A DNA stretch of 64,000 nucleotides from Amoebophrya sp. A120 (lineage: Eukaryota; Protista; Dinoflagellata), in the NCBI GenBank assembly GCA_905178155.1, contig CAJINV010000001.1, positions 11,169,009 to 11,233,008 on the forward strand, given 5' to 3'. The translations under genes were made by a program, and so were the position numbers. This document shows, piece by piece, positions 59,312-64,000 of this stretch (positions within the stretch are counted from its first letter, which is position 1; each line of letters begins with the position of its first letter). The notes under the pieces were generated by a model, which did no database searches, was not told where the DNA came from, and saw only the letters and a list, made by a program, of their open reading frames with translations.

Positions 59312-61705
59312 ATGACAACTCAAACAGCAACAGCTGATGTTCCTGAGCCGGGGGGCAATGCGAGCGCAAGGACCGTCTCCGATGTCCATTTCTTTCGTGC
59401 AGGGAGCCTCGTTGCGATCTCCGGCCTCAATTCGAAGCCAGAGCTGAACGGGACTTTCGCAACGGTTATTTCCATTGACGATGCTACAGGGCGAGTTGGC
59501 GTGCTGCTTCACGATGAGTCTTCGAAGAAGATAACCAACGTCGAACAGATACCGAAGTCGAGCAGTGTGAAAAAAATCAGTGCGAAGCCGACAAACTTGG
59601 AGCTCATCGAACTTTCGTACTTCCTTGCTACGCACATCGGTGACCTGGATCGGTTCCAGCGCCTCGTTCGTGCGATAGCTAGCATCTGCGAGCAGGAATC
59701 CACCTACGGAATTCGTCCACGTCTCTTCGTCAGCTGGTCTGCGGGGAGTGAGGAAGGCCGGTTACACTTGCAGAAGTACTTCCAAGATGCGGCCGCACAC
59801 CTACGATCGAGCTGCTTGCTGGAAAGCTTCGGCACTGGCCGCGACAAAAAATCCCAATACGAACACATGGAAATCATCTGGAACAGCACAGCCTGCGCGA
59901 AATTGCGCGCGAGGGTCGAAGATCACCATTGGTGGATCATTCCACACGACGACGACGATCTCAGCGGGCCGCTCAAAACGTACCAATTTTCCAGAGCAGC
60001 GAAAAAATCTTGGCTCATGGAAAAATATTTACACTGCGACAATCCAAGCCACATCTGCAGGGCCCGGATTGGCGTTCTGGACGGAACAGCGCTTATTGTA
60101 GATCTGCCCGCTGATTTTCGCCGAGCTGACCCGGAGCGCGGTGTAGAAAAGCCGCGCAACGCCTCATCCAGCCAGCTTAAGCCCGATGGAAGTCTCCGCG
60201 AAGAGGTGCTTGATCAGATCGCCGAAGAATATGGCCAGTCGTCCTGTAGTGCTAGTGATGGCGCTGATAGAGGAGCAGGGAAAAAAGCCGGCATGTTGAA
60301 GTGCAATCTAGAGCCAAACACGCCAAGCGACATCAGTGGTCTTATCCGCCGAAACGTGATACGCTTTTCGAAAGCGGGCTGTGCTGAAGTTTTCGGATTT
60401 GGCGTTCGCGCAGCTGTTTTCGCAGATTTTATCGCGAACTGCGGCAAGGACCTTCTCAAGTGCAAGTTTTGCGACCTTGCGCTCTACTACTTCCTGAAGC
60501 ACCAGATTCGGTTACGAAAGCGTAGCACAGCGGTGCAGTGCATCATTGACCGGGCTGTGACGAAAACCCATCAGCAACTTTTGTGCTCTTTTCAAAACCT
60601 CGACGGACCTGCTGCTGCATCTGCTGACATTCAGACCCAACCAGTTGACGATGTCGATGCTGTCACACCGCAAGAAGTGGACGACCAGAGGAATGCGAAG
60701 GATACAGACGTGACTACGTTTTTCGAGCTCAGGCTGGAGCGCTTGCCGAACCTAGGCGATTCCAAAAGCTGGCTGCATTTTTACCGCAGAGCGTTCAAAG
60801 AAAAGAGCCAGCTAGATACAGAGAGCATGACGCAGATCAAGGACGAGGACGATACCCCTGATGCTCTATCACAAGTATTCAGCGCCGACGAGCTGCATGC
60901 GTGTTCCTCCCTGACACCACCCACGCAGTGGGACTTGAACCTGATGAAGCACGACACGTACAGCCTTCACGTGACGTCAAGCATGCACTACCTGACTGAA
61001 AACGTGCGCAGCTACTTCTTTGCAGGATACCGTGATGCCGTCGAACTCTTCCTGATGAATTACTACGGTTCGGAGCAGCCGCTGGACATCCTCAAGCTTC
61101 ACCGTATTGAGATAGTTGACAACAAAGGGCCAAACTGCGGCGGCCACTACTCATGGCTTCACTTCATGGATCCCGAATGCGAGATACAGTACCCCGAGCT
61201 TTCTCCCGCGCAAACAACGCTCCTGGAATCCATGGCGACAAACATCATGCTCCAGGAAAGAGCAAGAAGTGCGGGGGATCGTTCCACTTTTGGAGACGTA
61301 GAGGCCGCTGAAGGTAGCGGAAGCCGAGGTGTGTCGACGTCGACCGAAGCGGCCAGCTACGAAACTAGGATGCGAGACTTCGTCGCGAAAGCTCACGAAA
61401 AGCAAAAGAAAAAACAACGATCCCGCAACGTCGACGCGCTGTCGAGTACCGAAAAAGAGGGGCTGGCACAAATACTACTGCAAACGCAATATGAGCCAAT
61501 GGCGGTATTCGTCGAAGTGATGAAACTTCTCCTACCGGATTTGATGTATCGCGTCGCGCTCCGCTATCGGATGAGATGCACACCTGAGACGAGACTAGCG
61601 GTCAAGGACGCCACTGCGTTGGCAAATAGGATCATAAGATCGTTGTATTTGATCAGAAGCATTGTGCAAATGATGGAAAAGGAAGCGGAAGCCGAAGCCC
61701 GGTAA
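59312..61705 (+). CDS. Hypothetical protein with an N-terminal GLxxKPELNG module and a possible GT-A-like glycosyltransferase domain (~797 aa)
   Basis: GSLVAISGLNSKPELNGTFATVISIDDATGRVGV followed by ATHI..RLVRAIASICEQ and WIIPHDDDDL (DxD-like). The function is tentative. Confidence 0.6.
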   Translation: MTTQTATADVPEPGGNASARTVSDVHFFRAGSLVAISGLNSKPELNGTFATVISIDDATGRVGVLLHDESSKKITNVEQIPKSSSVKKISAKPTNLELIELSYFLATHIGDLDRFQRLVRAIASICEQESTYGIRPRLFVSWSAGSEEGRLHLQKYFQDAAAHLRSSCLLESFGTGRDKKSQYEHMEIIWNSTACAKLRARVEDHHWWIIPHDDDDLSGPLKTYQFSRAAKKSWLMEKYLHCDNPSHICRARIGVLDGTALIVDLPADFRRADPERGVEKPRNASSSQLKPDGSLREEVLDQIAEEYGQSSCSASDGADRGAGKKAGMLKCNLEPNTPSDISGLIRRNVIRFSKAGCAEVFGFGVRAAVFADFIANCGKDLLKCKFCDLALYYFLKHQIRLRKRSTAVQCIIDRAVTKTHQQLLCSFQNLDGPAAASADIQTQPVDDVDAVTPQEVDDQRNAKDTDVTTFFELRLERLPNLGDSKSWLHFYRRAFKEKSQLDTESMTQIKDEDDTPDALSQVFSADELHACSSLTPPTQWDLNLMKHDTYSLHVTSSMHYLTENVRSYFFAGYRDAVELFLMNYYGSEQPLDILKLHRIEIVDNKGPNCGGHYSWLHFMDPECEIQYPELSPAQTTLLESMATNIMLQERARSAGDRSTFGDVEAAEGSGSRGVSTSTEAASYETRMRDFVAKAHEKQKKKQRSRNVDALSSTEKEGLAQILLQTQYEPMAVFVEVMKLLLPDLMYRVALRYRMRCTPETRLAVKDATALANRIIRSLYLIRSIVQMMEKEAEAEAR

Positions 61706-62694
61706 TCAAAAGCAAAAGCATCATCATGGACATGGTGGTGAAGAGCGCATCACGATCTGACCACAAGACTCAAGATGATTTACCGAAAAGCCACTGCTCG
61801 GAAAAGGTTTTCCTTGCTGTGTTTGCGCGCATCTAAAAAAGACATTTACTTACTTAGTTGGACAGCGCGTGTTGATGTTCTCCGATCGCGAGGATTATCA
61901 CATAGATAATGTTCCTGTTCCCCATCCCCACTATCACTTGCTGTGAATTTCGCTGTGATGCGATTCGCAAACAAGTGTAAATGTCAGCGTAATGCCGTGA
62001 TGCTTTTCGGTTCCACTTGAACTTCTGCAGACGCAGAGGTAAAGTTAGCTGCAAGTTAAATCTGTCCTTTCACGCGATTTTCCGGTTGCACTAGAAGAAG
62101 CGCATCTGTATTCTATATTGTCATTTGCAACTACAATTAGTGGCTTCTTTTTCTTGTGGTGCGACCAATCAATGTATCGGTTTCGTGCAGAATAACAATG
62201 ACTCAGACCGCCATGAGCATGACATGCAGTGGTTTGGCGGCGCAATTAGAAAATCAGACAAGCCTATTTTGTTTCGGTCACGTCCACGTGGATATCCGTA
62301 CACTCGGTGATCTTTCGCAAGTGCTGCCTGCTTCTGCATCGGTCGCGCCGTAGCCATTTGCAACTTGTTCGTTCAACACATTCGTTCACCCTCTGTCATT
62401 CGCTACCGCTTGAAACGAAAAAGTAGTGTTTAATTGCAACAACGTTCAACTTCAAGGTTATCGAGCCACAACTTACTTGAACAGTAGCAGTACCCCTGGC
62501 CCTTGGAAACCTTGCCTGTATTTGATTTCCTTCGACCAACATTCCACTCTTCTGTTTTCCCTGCTTAATTGCTGCTGTTGTTCGTTTTCCGCTCCACGAG
62601 GACTGCTACAGCTACTTCTAAGTGCTTGGCTCTCTTACATTCAATCCTTTTTGTATATTCCCAGCAGTCTCAGTCAGCAGACGGAGGAGTAATA

Positions 62695-63977
62695 ATGCAG
62701 AAGCTCCAACAGCCCTCCATTGCAGGCGGCTTTACGCCGCGGCCGTTGTCCGGGCTTCTGTCCGGTGGAAGCTCGCAGCCGAGCAGTTTCCGAAAACCGC
62801 TGGAGATTCATCCGATACAGCTCCACCCGCAAGGCGGAATGCAAGTCCCGAAATCTCAGAATCTGCTCTTTAACACGAGCCAAACCCACGGGGCGCACGG
62901 TAAAGAGTTTTTGGTCATTTCCATTTGTTGTTGCTTTGAGTCGTTGTTTTTTGCGGGTTCGGCACTGCTAGACGTGCTATCGGTAGTTCTCTTCTCTTCT
63001 TTCGCTCCTCGCACATAATTTACACGGACCTTATTTTCACAGCCCTGCGCACCAGCCTTCTCGGGAAAGGATCTGCTGTGTCTGCGACCGCGGTCGACCA
63101 CGCCAAAAACGACCCGGAATTGGCGAATTTGAGGGCGTTGAAGCAGAACTGCCTGCTCCAGACCATTCCAGTGAAGGACGCACTTGACAGCCTGCGAGGG
63201 AAGCAAATCGACGGCCGACTGGATCTCGGAGCGTTCACCATGGGATATCAGGAGGTAGATTCTTTTCTAAGGAGTAAGCGTGCAATTATCGTAATCGAAA
63301 AATAAATCATCGTCTTTCGTAAGTAAATGCCGAGCCTCACGTTTTCGTCTACTACCAAGGGCTGTATCGATTTCTTTTGTTTCAAACATGGCGCCGATCT
63401 CGTCATGCAGTTTGCGTTAACATACACTGCAATCGAATCCTGGACCTCCCTCCCGTGAAATAGAAACGTCTTCCAAAATGATCCTCAGCTCTGCGCCAAG
63501 GAGAACCTTACCTGCCCGTCCCAGGACGTGATTACGGGTCTGTTCCAGCTTTTCGACAAGGATAAGAACAACGTGATTGACCCGATGGAGCTGTGCTGCG
63601 GCCTGAGCATGATGTGCAAGGGCACGGAGGATGAGAAGATACACGCGGTCTTCGACTGCTTCGACGAGGACGGGAACGGCAACATATCACTCGACGAAAT
63701 GTTCAAGTTTCTCGTCTCCGTGTATCGGGTGGTGCTCACCCCCACCGTGCTCGCAACGATCAAGAACCTTGGCGTCGAGGTGCAGTCGCCCGAAGACCTC
63801 GCCTCCGTCACCGCCCTGGAGTGCTTCAAGAGCGCCGACTTGGACGGCAACGGCAGCCTGAACGTGGAGGAATTCAAGCAGTGGTTTTACGGCGGCGCTG
63901 CGGGCGCCGGTGTTCCGTCACCCACCACCTCCAGCCCGAGTGTCTTCGCGGGGCCGCTCAAAAAGTTGCTACATTAA
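62695..63977 (+). CDS. EF-hand calcium sensor (NCS/calcineurin-B-like), 3 exons (62695-62899, 63043-63254, 63489-63977; ~301 aa)
   Basis: EF loops DKDKNNVIDPME, DEDGNGNISLDE and DLDGNGSLNVEE with the NCS-type G..DEKI..VF linker; GT-AG introns 62900-63042 and 63255-63488 in frame. Confidence 0.82.
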
Positions 63978-64000
63978 ATGAAGATTCAAGAAGTAGATGT

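Overview
Eukaryotic protist DNA, most consistent with an alveolate such as a syndinian dinoflagellate (Amoebophrya-like; inferred from gene architecture, not verified). About 16 protein-coding genes all lie on the + strand. They include a cytochrome P450 reductase-like diflavin reductase, SelO, a giant ~3750-aa EF-hand-containing protein, a Frag1/DRAM-like protein, CLN3/BTN1, PEX11, a JmjC/cupin dioxygenase, a calmodulin-like protein, CEP44 and an NCS/calcineurin-B-like protein. The main signal is a set of 14 short (107-327 bp) elements inserted inside coding sequence. Each has the grammar [5-bp direct repeat]-TAT...terminal inverted repeats...ATA-[5-bp direct repeat], carries a shared internal GCATNACA motif, and falls into one of several sequence families. 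Removing an element plus one direct-repeat copy gives an exact in-frame join in every case, yet no such junction can be read as GT-AG, GC-AG or AT-AC, and homologous copies sit in both orientations. This implies transposon-derived, orientation-independent non-canonical introns (introners) coexisting with ordinary GT-AG introns. One of them hides the true end of SelO, which then reads ...S-TGA(Sec)-S-S-TAG, a probable selenoprotein. Two larger GC-rich insertions bounded by inverted repeats (12534-14139, 53519-54226) and a possible dinoflagellate spliced-leader relic are also present. All gene models are read by eye from DNA; none is confirmed by transcripts.
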